From: Schmidtea polychroa | Lineage: Eukaryota | Assembly: GCA_044892525.1 (NCBI GenBank) | Contig: CM097885.1 | Location: forward strand, 558,001-622,000 | Direction of reading: 5' to 3' | DNA length: 64,000 bases | Made by a program: the position numbers and the translations under genes | The notes under the pieces: model-generated | The model's database searches: none | Seen by the model: only the letters and a program-made list of their open reading frames with translations | What the model was told of the DNA's origin: nothing | Shown: one piece after another, positions 35,556-48,905 of the stretch | Position numbering within the stretch: the first letter of the stretch is position 1 | Layout: every line of letters starts with the position of its first letter

Positions 35556-37845
35556 CAGGGGTGCCCAGTAATTTTTCTAGGAGTGCTACATTCACATCCA
35601 AAATGTGTATGCGATCTACTTTTTTAATACTTACATAATATTTACCTACAATGCAATAAATTCATCACAATAGAACAAATATATGTCAAAATATGGAAAA
35701 TTAAACTAGGTAACTATTTATTATAAAAAAATGTAACTTAGGAAATCAAATTTAATGAAAATTATTGTTATATAGAACTTTTGGATGTTGATGCTCTACA
35801 TTGGGTTGAATCCACTAGATTTTTGTAGTTTGGGATATAAGTGCTAAGACAACTTCTTAGGCTGGATTCCAAATGGTCATCTGTTAATGTTGCTCGGTAC
35901 TTTGACTTAATAATTTTCATATGTGAAAATGCAGACTCACATAAATAAGTTGAACCAAAAGATGATACTAAATTTTCGAAGCATTTTTTCAAGTTTGAAT
36001 ATTTATCCTCTGATAGATATTTCCATACATTTGGTTCGGAAGATCTTGATTTAATGAAGATATCATTTTGAAGTGTGATTATTTCCATTTCAAGTATAGG
36101 GATATCCATTTTAAACAAAGTTGAAATTGAATCTGCAACAATTTCTGGCTTTATTTTTGGATTAAACGGAAAGGACATAAATGCAGCCACAATTTCAAGT
36201 TTCTTGAAGTCTTGAAAACGTCTCTCGAACTCTAAAACCAAAATTTTGATCTGTTCCGCATATCTCGTAATATTAAAGTTGACATTTTCAGATTCTTTTA
36301 ATTGTGACAACATATTTGGAAAATAACTTAAATTTTTGTCTTTTATTTTGATAATAAGTAAATGAAGCTTTTGTATAAATGCAATGATTGAACTTATCAT
36401 ATCGAATATCAATTTATCCTTACGATGTAAGTCGAGATTTAATTCATTCAGAATTGCAGTAATATCTACTAAAAATGCCAAATCCAAGAGCCAAACATCA
36501 TCTTCCAATTGCTTGAACTCATCACCTCTTGCGGCAAGGAACAACTTAATCTCAGAAAGCAAATCTCTAAATCTTTGTAAGAATTTTCCTCTACTTAGCC
36601 ACTTTACATCTGAATGCATCAGTAATTCAGCAGGACCTTCGCTATTACTTTCTTCAATTTGTAATTTGAAAAGTCGTCTCTGAAGACTTCTTGCACGAAT
36701 CGAGTTAGCAATTTTGAATGTTATTTCCATAATATCTCTCATATTCAGAATTTTAGCACACTAGGCTTGTTGATGAATAATACAGTTGTAGGAAAGAAAA
36801 TCTGGGAATTCACAATCATTCCTACAATATGCTATAAATCCGTTGTGACGCCCTGTCATAGCTGGTGCGCCATCTGTTGTTATTGATACAAGCTTACAAA
36901 TTTGGAGCTGAATGCTGTTGGCATAAGCTTTAAAATTCTGAAATATATCCTCACCTCGAGTTTTACTTTTGAGTGGTATAATTGTTAATAATTCTTCCTT
37001 CGTAGAAAAATCTTTAAAGACCATTCGAATAAAAATTATAAGCTGCGAAATATCAGCCGCATCAGTTGATTCGTCTGCTTGCAATGAAAATGCAGTACAA
37101 TTTCCTATGTCTAACATTAACTGATATTTTAAATTGGTACTTATTTCTTGGACTCTTCGTGTAACTGTATTACGGGACAATTGCATATCAGTAATAGCAG
37201 AAATTATATCTGATTTATTTTTAAAATCACAAAATAGTGATTCTGCCGCTTCTAAAAATGCTTCTTTTACAATTACTCCATCACTAAAAGATTTCTTATT
37301 TTTTGCCAGAATGTAGCTTACTCGGAAAGATGCAGCTGTAGCTGACTTTGATTTCGATGCTAGCTTCGTAAAAAATGACTGTTGAAAAAAAATGCATGTT
37401 TTCAGTTCCATGATTTTAGACTTGCGTAGTTCACTGTCAAGTGGATAATCAACTGCAAAATTCTTATGAATTGTCTTGAAATGCCTTTCCAAATTCCCTC
37501 TTTTTGGTAATGAAATAGTAGCTTTACAAATTAAGCAACAACATTTACCTTTAATCATTACAAAAAAGTACTCCTTCTCCATTTCTTCGCTATAATGATA
37601 AGTCTTGGCTTTTCTATTTAGCATTTTTTATTTAGCATTTTTTTATTTAGCATTTTTAAACAAAATTAATTTAACAAAAAAAGCTTAAGAAAATTTTTCA
37701 CTTTGTTACACAAAAATTTAAGTATAAAACAGAAATTTTATATAAAATCTAAATTTATATATAAAATATTTTTTTTATGAAGATCTACTAAAAAATCCTT
37801 CGCGATCTACCGGATAGATCGCGATCGAACTTATGGGCACACCTG
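35556..37845 (-). mobile_element. hAT (Buster/SPIN-like) DNA transposon, 2,290 bp
   Basis: TIRs CAGGGGTGCCCA / TGGGCACACCTG; 8-bp TSD TTATACAT (35548-35555, 37846-37853) fits nnnTAnnn. Confidence 0.96.
35768..37624 (-). pseudogene. hAT transposase (GTF2IRD2/SPIN-like), ~618 codons, one premature TAG at 36761-36763
   Basis: CLIC...LERHF..H, ADESTD, TTDGAPAM, CIIHQ, WLSRG and FGSTYLCESAFS motifs; both ORFs are in the same frame. Confidence 0.93.
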
Positions 37846-39456
37846 TTATACATCGTTCCTAAGTTTTAAATGGAACTGTAATTAATTTACTACTATTAAA
37901 TAAAGGAAACAATTTCCATTACGTTGCTATAAGTAATTTAAATAGGTTACTGAATTGTGGTATCAACACTAGTTGTCCTACACGCATACGTTCATTATGG
38001 TGCCATCGGTGTTTGAATGGGTTTAGGTATAAACAAGCACTGGAAAAACATGAAATATTATGTAAACGTAATCAATTAGGAACAACTCTTTACACTTTCC
38101 CTCAAAATAAATTATTGCAGTTTACTGACTGGTCGAAAACAGTAACTCCTCCTTTTGTAGTTGATGCCGATTTTGAGGCTATTTTACCTTCTGATAATGT
38201 TCATTTCCAACGACACATGACAATATCTGCTGGTCTTTTACTTGTAAATAACTTTGACGGATCTAAATCTTATCAACAGTTCATAGGTTTAGATTGCGTC
38301 GAGAGTTTTTTAAGTGTTATAGAGGATATAGCATTAAATAAGTTTCTTCCTTTTTATTATAAAATGGGTAGCAAACCTATGATTAAATTAACGAAAATTG
38401 AACAACGTCAATTTGTTAGTGCATCTGTTTTTTATCTTTGTATGAAATCTATCGTTGATCCTGTTAGAGATCACGATCATTTTACGGGGAAATACTTGGG
38501 TGCAGCTTGTAGCACATGTAACAAAAATAAGAAAATAAATAAAATTTTGCCTATCGTATTTCACAACTTGAAGGGATACGATATGCATCATATACTTAAA
38601 TACGGATTAAATAAATTTAGAAATTGGACTTTAGGTTGCATCCCAATAACGACTGAAAAAATTATTTCTTTGATTGCGCATTTAGGCAAAAGAATTGATT
38701 CTTATCAATTCATTGATTCTTATCAATTTGTTAATGATTCTTTAGCTAAAGCAGTCAAAACTTTGAATTCTTAGCCTTTTACTAATTCTGTTTTTTCTGG
38801 CACTATAGTTTCTGAAAAAGGAATCTTCCCTTATAATTTCGCTACATCTTTAGATATTCTCCAAACTACTTATGAATTACCACCAATCTGGGAGGGTGTT
38901 ACTGAGCTTTAGTATGAAAAAGCTCAGGAGATTTGGGTAGAAACTAATTGCCTAATTTTATTAGATTATATGATGATCTACTTAAAACTTGATTGTTTTC
39001 TTTTGGCTGATTTCTTTCATCAGTTTCGGTTGAAATCTATTGCTCACAATAGATTGGAACCATTGAATTATTTCGGAATTCCAGGTATGTCTTGGTCTTC
39101 TGCATTAATGTCTTTAAATGAACCAATTGAGCTCATAACTGAAAACGAAATGTTTAGCTTTTATGAGGGTGGAATAAGAGGCGGTATTACTTTTGTGAAT
39201 TAGCATTACGTAAAAACCGATGAGAACACCGAGTTACTTTATATAGATATTAATAATCTTTATGGTTGGGCTTTAAGTCAATCATTACCTTGTGGTGAAT
39301 TTAGTTGGGTTCTTGATGGATTTGATTTAATAATGGATGAAAGTAGGAATTTAAATCTTGATTCTTTGTCTTATGGATACACTCTTGAAGTTGATCTTGT
39401 AATTTCTTCTGAGCTAAATGAGAAGTTGGATGATTTCCCTGAAGCAGCTGAAAAAT

Positions 39457-39965
39457 TGGGCATGTAAGATTAAGTGAATTAAATATTGGAGAAAATGTTG
39501 GAGAAATTGTTGGAGAAAATGTTTGGGAAATTGTTGGAGATGAATTTGATGAAAATGTTGGAGAAGATTTTGGAGAAGATGATATCGATATCGATGACGT
39601 TATTTTGTCTGATGAGGACTAATTTTATTAAATAAAAGTTTATATATATACATTTGTTATTTTTTTGGTAAATATTTATGTTTTTTATGTGTCTAGTTAT
39701 TTTTATGTGTTTAGTTAATTTTTTATGTGTTGTATAGTATTTGGTTGATATATTATTATTATTATTTCTATTATTATTTCATAAACATTTCCAATAAAAG
39801 TTACCATTGAAAAATATTTCATTTCAATTGTTAATAAATTTAAAAATCTTACTTTAATTTACTTATTTAACATTAATTTTTTACCATTGATTACTTAATT
39901 TTAAAATTTGGACCTTAATTAACTTTAATTTAATTTTTTAGAACCGTAATTTAGTTATTTGTGCT
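39457..39965 (+). repeat. Extra copy of the family-C pPolB C-terminus and 3' region, followed by a restart of 39219-type sequence at ~39966
   Basis: 39457-39660 resembles 41197-41410; 39966-40203 resembles 39219-39456. Confidence 0.85.
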
Positions 39966-41370
39966 GATGAGAACACCGAGTTACTTTATATAGATATTAA
40001 TAATCTTTATGGTTGGGCTTTAAGTCAATCATTACCTTGTGGTGAATTTAGTTGGGTTCTTGATGGATTTGATTTAATAATGGATGAATGTAGGAATTTA
40101 AATCTTGATTCTTTGTCTTATGGATACACTCTTGAAGTTGATCTTGTAATTCCTTCTGAGCTTCATGATAAGTTGGATGATTTCCCTGTAGCAGCTGAAA
40201 AAATGAAACCTGCTGGGTCTAAGGTTAAAAAATTATTATTAACTCATCTTCCAAAATCTAATTATGTGATTCATTGGAGATTATTAAAATTATATTTGGA
40301 ACTTGGTGTTAAAGTAACACGTGTAAATAGGGGTGTAAGATTTAAGCAATCTCCAATTTTTAAAAAATATATAGATACAAATACAGAATTAAGGTCAAAA
40401 AGCATAAATAATTTAGATAAAAATTATTATAAATTGTTAAATAACAGTTTATACGGCAAAACAGTTGAAAATTTAAAGAGAAGAATGAATCTTCGTCTTT
40501 GTACAACTGCCGGTAAATAAGTAACATATTCTTCAAAGCCGACTTTTAAAAAACTATTAAAATAGACGATAATTTAATTGCGGCATTAGTGAATTCAGAT
40601 TCTATATGTTTAGATAGACCAAGTTACATTGGTCAATCTTTACTTGATCTATCTAAACTTAGAATGTATGAATTACAATATATTATATTGAATATAAGGA
40701 TCTAGAATCATTTCGCAATGAGTTTAATAATAAAATTAATATCGTTGCAGGTGATACAGATTCTTTTTTCCTCGAAGTTAATAACTGTAAACTTGAGGTT
40801 CTTTTACCTGCAATGATTCGAGATAATTTATTACATACTTCCAATTACAATAGTTGTCATTCCTTATATAGTAAGAACTTTGATTCAGTCATTGGAAAGT
40901 TCAAAGACGAGAATAAAGGTCTTAAATATAAGGAATGGGTTTTTCTTAGACCTAAATGTTATAGCTTGTTGGGTGATGAGGAAACAAAAAAGGCTAAAGG
41001 TGTAACATTGAAAGGTAGTGACATAAAACATCAGTCATACCTGGATTGTTATAACACTAACCAGATTTTTTCGGTTCCTCAGACTAAAATAACAAGGAAA
41101 AATCATCAAATATTTACAATTAAAAATACTAAAATAGCACTAACTAACAAAGACGACAAAAGGGTTTGGGTGGGAAAAAATACTAGTCTTGCATATAGGC
41201 ATGTAAGATTAAGTGAATTAAATATTAGAGAAAATGTTGGAGAAATTGTTGGAGATGAATTTGATGAAAATGTTGGAGAAGATGAGGAAGAATTTATTGA
41301 AGATGTTGGAGAAGATTTTGGAGAAGATGATATCGATATCGATGACGTTATTTTGTCTGATGAGGACTAA

Positions 41371-42482
41371 TTTTATTAAATAAAAGTTTATATCTATACA
41401 TTTGTTATTTCTATGGTAAACTTTTATGTTTGTTATGTGTCTAGTTAATGTTTATATGTTTTGTTATGTGTTTAGTTAATTTTTTATGTGATGCATAGTA
41501 TTTGGTTGATATATTATTATTATTTTTATTATTATTTCATAAATATTTCCATTAAAAATTACCATTGTAAAATATTTCATTAAAATTTCTATTAAAAATT
41601 ATTCATAAAAAATTATTTCATAAAAATTTTCATTAAAAAATTTCAATTCTCAAACACCTTCTATTATTTTGTTAATAAATTTAAAAATCTTACTTTAATT
41701 TACTTATTTAACTTTAATTTTTTACCATTGATTACTTAATTTTAAAATTTGGACCTTAATTAACTTTAATTTAATTTTTTAGAACCTTAATTTAGTTATT
41801 TGTGCCCATTCATTACTTTAATTTAAAATTTTGGACCTTGATTCACTTTATTTTAATTTTTTAGAACCATTATTTACTTTAATTTAAAAATTTGAACCTT
41901 ACTTTACTTAGTTGAGCCCTTAATTAACTTTACTTTTAAATTTTGAACCAATATTTACTTTAATTTAAAAATTTGAACCTTAATTTAGTTATTTGAGCCC
42001 ATTCATTACTTTAATTCAAAAATCTTAGCCCATAATTTACTTTAATTCAAAAAAATCTGAACCTTGATTTACTTAAATTTAATTTTTTAGACCCATCATT
42101 TACTTTATTTTTAAATTTTAGACCCATAATTTGCTTTATTTTAAAAATATACTATGCGTTTTTAATGTAAACCACCTTTTCTATTGAAATTCTCATGACC
42201 AAGGAGACCCCCTCACTGTAGTCTGAAAAATCCATGCTTTTTTATTGAAGACTACCTTTTTCTATTGAAATTCTCAGGACCAAGGAGACCCAACCAAATA
42301 ATATTTATCCTTGGCTTGTTTATTGAAAAAAATTTTTTTGTATTTAAAATCCCAGAAAAAATACATTGGAGCGTACGGCAACAATTATGTATTCAAAAAA
42401 TGTCTACGGCAAAAATTATGCAATCAAAAGTTTGCAACATTTTTACCCCCCCTTATTTCTCCCGCGGGCCCCTAACTACCTA
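41371..42482 (+). repeat. Family-C composite right terminal region (TG-rich repeats, AT arrays, GACCAAGGAGACC repeats, GC-rich cap ending CCTAACTACCTA)
   Basis: Mirror-image similarity to 47318-48905 and 59311-60480. Confidence 0.7.
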
Positions 42483-43290
42483 TTCGCGCATCAGAAAAGA
42501 TGCAATCCAGCAGAGTATTGTTTTCAAGACAACCATCTACTGGTTTCAATCCCTTCTGTGCATTCGAATCCCAACGGCAACTACTTACTTTTGCCACTAA
42601 GATCTTATTAAGTGTCCTAGTTAACACTGAGTTAACGGAAAAAAAATAAAAATCACCTGAATTTTTAGGGGTTTCTACTTTTAGGATTAATGAGGTTCGT
42701 GCTGTCTTTTAAGGTCATGAAATATGTCTGGAAATGGGCGTGGGGCTTGTGGGTTCTCCATCGCCTGCTCCAGGCCCATCTCCTTCATCCTGTCTTCTAA
42801 CTCTTTAAAAACTGCTTTATATTTTTTTATTATCTAGGTGCTTGCGAATAGATTCCTTTGAAAGTTCCAACATCCAAGGTGAAGTATTTCTAGAAGGTGA
42901 GAGGAAGACTGTAACGATTTTTAAGGTGAAGTGGAGCCATGAAGAGCTCTTCTTCATTACTTTAGTAATAAGCAAGATTTTTTGTATAGTTTCCTCAAGA
43001 TAGTCTCAATACGTAAGGTGCGATGGGCTTTAGATATATGGACTCCACGTCCCCTCAGCGTTAAGAAAGGTAAAAAGCAATATTCACAGACAAACTACTG
43101 TTCCACATCCCTCTCCAGTTTTGTAGTGTTGTTATTTCCTGTCATTTCATATTTATTTTGTTCGTGGAAGTTCATTCGTGTTGGATATCCTCCAACATGA
43201 TACCCAACTGGCCAACAAGTAAAAATAGTAAAAGGGGACCTCACGAATGAAGTGGTGTGGGGAATAAAGAACAAAATGCGACGAGGGTTA
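42483..43290 (-). mobile_element. Deleted R2-like fragments
   Basis: 42483-42710 resembles 9972-10198; 42725-42822 resembles 10820-10920. Confidence 0.8.
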
Positions 43291-43559
43291 ATATATCAAT
43301 AGTAAACTTTAGTAGTCAAATAAAAAAAATTTAAATTTAATCTTTTAGTTCATAAAACTTCATATCTTAAAAAAAAACAAAAACAAAAAATATTTTTTAA
43401 AACTTTAAAAATTAAAACTGTACTGTCATTCTTGTCATCGCGGGATTGATGACATTTTATAAGCATATAAAAATAATAGTAATGATAATAATAATAATAA
43501 TTATAATAATATTAGTAATAATAATAATAATATTAGTAATAATAGTATTAATAATATTT

Positions 43560-45400
43560 CAACTAAATACTAGGCAACACATAAAAATTAACTAGAACAA
43601 AAGTAAAGATAAAAAATTTATTCAATAACATTCTTCATGATCTGTTAATATGACCTCTTCTATAATCATCGGTTTCTGCATCAATTTCTATTTGTTCATT
43701 TTCTCCATCGGTTTCTCCATAATTAACCTTATATAATCTTACATGTCCATATGCAAAACTAGTATTTTTCCCCACCAAAACCGTTTTATCATCTGCATTT
43801 GTAAGAGCTATTTTTTATTTTTTATTGTATATATTTGATGATTTTTTGATGTTATCCTTAATTGTGGTATTGAAAAAATTTGTTTTGTATTGTAAAAATG
43901 TAGATATCACTGATGTTTTAAGTCATTACCTTTCAACGTTACTCCTTTTGCTTTTTAATTTCATCTTCACCTAACAAACTATAATATTTTGGCATAAGAA
44001 AACCACATTCTTTATATTTAAGACCTTTATTCATATCTTTGAATTTTCAAATGACAGAATCAAGGTTCTTATTGTATAAGGGATGATTTGGGTTATAATT
44101 TCAAGTGTCTAGAAGGTTATCCCTAATCATCATACATTATTTAATAGTAAATTGTTCCTATATTAATCAAAACTATTCATAAAATTGTTGTTGCTAAATC
44201 TTATTCAAATTTTACTTATAGGTTTCCTACCCATTTTTTAATAATAAATGTAAGGTTAAATCCTCTACAGCACCTAACAGTATTACAAAATTACAAACTA
44301 AAATTTAATAAAACCTTTTAATAAATTTAATAAATTAAAACTTTGATTAGCATGCATCCAATCAAAATTTAATAAATGAAAGTATTTAATTATCTAAATT
44401 TAAAAAATGTCTAATAAAAATAGCACTAATATAAATAGAAAATAGTACATCTGTTATTGGAATGACATGTAAACCTCCTGTTCATTACCTTCAATATAAT
44501 ATGTAATATTCGAAATATCCTATTGCTTATTCTTTTAAGGTATTTATTTTTAATTATCTCTATTGATTTTTGGTTGGAACAAGTTAATTTAAAAGCCTAA
44601 TCAAAGTCTATCAATATTGCAATGTTCAACAATGTCCTTGAATAAATTTACTGTATAAGGAATGATTTGGGTCATAATTTGAAGTGTCTAGTAGGTTATC
44701 TCTAATCATCACAGGTGAAAGAATATCAAGAGAAAAAATTTTAATTTCCAAGATTAATTGATATCAATGTCCCCCAGCAACGATATTAATTATATTACAA
44801 TATATTTTTGTAACTCTTCATGATGCAGCTGATATATTCTAAGTATCGATAGATCAAGTGCAGATTGTCCAATGTAACTTGGTCTATTTAAACATATAGA
44901 ATCAGGATTTAACAATGCTGCTATTAAATTATCATCGATTTTTATTGATTTTTTAAATGTAGGTTTTGATGTACACGAGACTATAAAACTTCTTCCGCTT
45001 AACCTACTTATTTAATTATTTCAGTGATAGTGAAATGAATTTCTGTTATTTTATTAATTAACAAGCTACTTCCTTGTGATTTTTTAATACTTGTGATTTA
45101 TACTTGTTATTTGTGAAATTCTTTTTTAGATTTTTTCATTTTTTCATTTTATTCCCTAATTTCTTCATCGAAAAATGTATCAGTTAAAGGTTTTGCATTA
45201 TTATACGTAACCTTATTCGTTAATGATATATTAATTTATCTATTAGTGATTCAGGAAATATTATTTCTTTAATATTTAAGTCACTAGTGTTAATACTTAA
45301 TATTTGGTGGTAACTCTTAAATCACTTAGAACAATTGGTAAATTTTCTCCTATTTGTATATTATTTAATAGTAAATTGTTCCTATAATAATCAAAGTTAT
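43560..45400 (-). pseudogene. Highly degenerate inverted family-C-like pPolB pieces
   Basis: 43740-44130 resembles rc of 40815-41215; 44650-44975 resembles rc of 40545-40870; 45250-45365 resembles rc of 34835-34955. Confidence 0.75.
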
Positions 45401-47317
45401 TCATCAAATTGTTGTTGCTCAATATTAGTCAAATTTTTAAAATTTTATATTATTAACCTTAAATTACAATCTAAAATTTAATAAAAACTTTTAATAAATT
45501 TATTAAATTAAAACTTTAATTAGCATGCATCCAATCAAAATGAAAATATTTAATTATCTAAATTTAAAAAATGTCTAATATAAATAGAAAATAGTATATC
45601 TGTTATTGGTATGACATGTTAACCTCCTGTTCATTACCTTCAATATAATATGTAATATTTGAAATATCCTATTACTTATTCTTTTAAGGTATTTATATTT
45701 CATTATCTATATTATTGATTTTTGGTAGGAACAAGTTAATTTAAAAGTCTATCAATTCAGTATTCAAATTGATATTATTTGGGATGAAAATAGAAAATAT
45801 CTTGGAGAAATTCTTCGATTAATTAATAAAGACAAGTATTTTTACCAAAAACTTTCATTTATCAACTGCGAAAAAGATTGTAAAATTAAGATAGTTGAAG
45901 GTAAAAAATCTAAAATTCAGATACTTATTCAAGACTCAAGATAAATGGATTATAATTAAACCAATTTGGAAAATTAAAAATGTCTATGAATAAATTTATG
46001 AATAAAATTTGAGTTTTTTATTGTTATTTAAAATATATTTTAAAGAAATCTATAATTTGGTTTATAAAATTATTAGTTGTCTGTAAAGTTAATATTTGAC
46101 TATAAAATTAAGATTTTTAATTTGTCTATCAAAGTTTAATGTGGACAATATATAATTAAAATACTCTAAAATTATCATAATAATTAATAAAATGGAATAA
46201 AAAAAATTTTGCATAGGATATGCTCTTATAAAAAATTTTATCAATTCAAAAATATATGTAGCATAAGATAAATCATTTAAAAAAATTTAAATAAATTATA
46301 ATATATAAAAAAATCCAATTAAAATATTTATAATTCAAAAATATATAGCATAAAATAAATCATTTAAAAAAAATGAATTAAAATTCAAAAAAATATATAC
46401 ATTTGTTTTCATCTTTTTCTTTCTTGTTTTTCTTGTGTTCATTTTTTTCATGAACATTTTCTGTCAAAGTTTCATGAATATTTTAAGCTATATTTATCTA
46501 AAAAAAATTTTAAATTTAATTCTTTAACCAAAAGATTATATACTTACCATCGTTATGAAAGAGCTTTATTTCGCCAAAAATCCAGAACATATGAAAAATT
46601 AATGAATAAACAACAATAAAATACAAGGTACATGATATAAATCTTTATTTATAGTAAACGACAACGTCTAACTAAATGATCATAAGCAGATAAGCACGGA
46701 ATACAGTTAAAGTAGTCGAATTCGTGGATTCGATAATGGTTCGACTTCCCAGAAACTACTACTATTCGCATCGGCAAAGAGAGTATCCAGAAACCCTTTT
46801 CTCCCAGCGTGTTCCTGCCACTGGGATTACCCGATATTTGCTAGACTTTTCATAGAGTTGCATAGGTTTCACGAAAGTATAGCATGAAGTGTACCACAGA
46901 GATGAATAGGGTTGTATAGTTTTTATTTAAAAAATAGATGAAATGAATGAAATTGAAAGGAAATGAAAAGTTTAATTAAAAAGGAAATTAAACAAAAACT
47001 AAGGTTGGTGGATTTTAAAGATGAAGCAAATCAAGTATGGAGAAAAGTATTATGTAGTGTCCACATAATAATAATCAAGTTTATTTTACATTTATTAAAT
47101 GGAAGAGTCGTTTGGAATTTCAGTAAAATATAATAACGTTGACCCAAACATATTGATAAAAACAGCCGAACTTAAAAACCTAAATGAATTTCAACAAGTA
47201 AAAACTGCATCTCCTAATAGGAATATGTACAAGCACCCTTAAAAGACTTAAATTAGATCCTAATTGTTCTAGTTTTTATAGATATGACATTCCATTAGAA
47301 TAGTATATAGTGAGGAC

Positions 47318-48905
47318 AGTAGGTAGATAGTAGCCCACTGCAACAATTACCCCCCATTTGTTGCAACTTTTTTTTTGTTGCAACTTTTGATTACGCAATT
47401 TTTCAGACTATAGTGAGGGGGTCTCGATGGTCCTAGGATTTTCAATACAAAAAATTTTTTTCTATACAAAAACGATGGTCCTGGGATTTTCAATACAAAA
47501 AAAATTTTTCTATACAAAAATCCGACTACCACTAAAAAAGCATGGAATTTTCACACTATAGTGAGGGGGTCTCGATGGTCCTGGGATTTTCAATACAAAA
47601 AATTTTTTTCTATACAAAAATCCTACTATCAATAAAAAAGCCAAGGATTTATCACACTATAGTGAGGGGGTCTCGATGGTCCTGGGATTTTCAATACAAA
47701 AACTTTTTTTCTATACAAAAATCCTACTATCAATAAAAAAGCATGTAATTTTCACACTATAGTGAGGGGGTCTCGATGGTCCTGGAATTTTCAATACAAA
47801 TAAAATTTTTTCTATACAAAAATCCTACTATCAATAAAAAAGTATGGTAATTTAAGGTCTCAGGATATTTTCAATACAAAAAGCCGGTCTACACTAAAAA
47901 AGCCAAGGATTTTTCAGACTATAGTGAGGCGAGTCTCCTTGGTCCTGAGAAATAGGCGGTCTTCAATAAAAAGCATGGTAATTTAAGGTCTCAGGATATT
48001 TTCAATACAAAAATCCGACTACCACTAAAAAAGCCAAGGATTTTTCAGACTATAGTGAGGTGAGTCTCCTTGGTCCTGAGAAATAGGTGGTCTACACTAA
48101 AAAACGTGGTAATTTAAGGTCTCGGGATATTTTCAATACAAAAAGCCGGTCTACACTAAAAAAGCATGGTAATTTAAGGTCTCAGGATATTTTCAATACA
48201 AATAGGTGGTCTACACTAAAAAAGCCAAGGATTTTTCGAATTAAATTAAGGTGGGTCTCGATGGACCTGAGAATTTCAATAGACAAAGGTGGTCTACACT
48301 AAAAAACGTGGTAAATTTTTCAATTACAGTAAATAATGGTCCTAAAAAATTAAATTACAGTAAATTATGGTTCTAAAAATTAAATTACAGTAAATTATGG
48401 TCTAAATAAGTTAATTATGGTCCAAATTTTAAAATTAAAGTAAATAATGGTTCTAAAAATTAAATTAAAGTAAATTATGGTTCTAAATTTTAAATTAAAG
48501 TAAATTAAGGTTCTAAAAAATTAAAATAAAGTAAATTAAGGTCCAAATTTTTAAATTAAGTAATCAATGGTAAAAAAATTTTAAGTAAGTAAATTAAAGT
48601 AATAATTTTTAAATTAAGTAATCAATGGTAAAAAATTTTAAATAAGTAAATTAAAGTAAGATTTTAAAATTTAATTACAAAAAGTTGAAGGTGTTTGAGA
48701 ATTGAAATTTTTTAATGAAAATTTTCAATGGTAATTTTTAATGAAAATTTTTATGGAATATTTTTTTAAGTAATTTTTAATAGAAAATTTTATGAAATAT
48801 TTTTCAATGGTAATTTTTAATGGAAATTTTTATGAAATATTTTTCAATGATAATTTTTAATGGAAATTTTTAAGAAATATTTTTCAAAGACAAATTTTAA
48901 TAATA
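47318..48905 (+). repeat. Family-C-type left terminal region: AGTAGG cap, ~100-bp and ~60-bp tandem repeats, ~30-bp AT arrays
   Basis: CTATAGTGAGGGGGTCTCGATGGTCC at ~47408, 47557, 47657 and 47757; rc similarity to 42170-42300. Confidence 0.75.

Larger units (their letters stand above)
33824..41370 (+). pseudogene. polB: Family-C pPolB gene with predicted spliced 5' exons, a Zn-finger-like segment and 17-aa repeats; disrupted by stops, frameshifts, a hAT insertion and an internal rearrangement
   Basis: LGSNW, INIRNTDDSCF, ADFEA, RDHDHFTGKYLGAAC..CN, FHNLKGYD, YIDINNLYG, KLLNNSLYGK, GDTDS, DDKR; acidic C-terminal tail. Confidence 0.88.

Noticed and set aside
35044..40520. Stop-codon reassignment suggested by many in-frame TAA/TAG in family-C pPolB and the hAT transposase
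   Set aside because: The stops appear to replace different residues (L, K, E/Q), frameshifts co-occur, and intact genes end in TAA/TAG normally
46640..47260. GC-richer stretch possibly rRNA, LTR or coding
   Set aside because: No recognisable rRNA motif, PBS, paired LTR or sustained ORF
47400..48300. CRISPR-like regular repeats
   Set aside because: The intervening sequences are themselves repeated, there are no unique spacers or cas genes, and the context is eukaryotic
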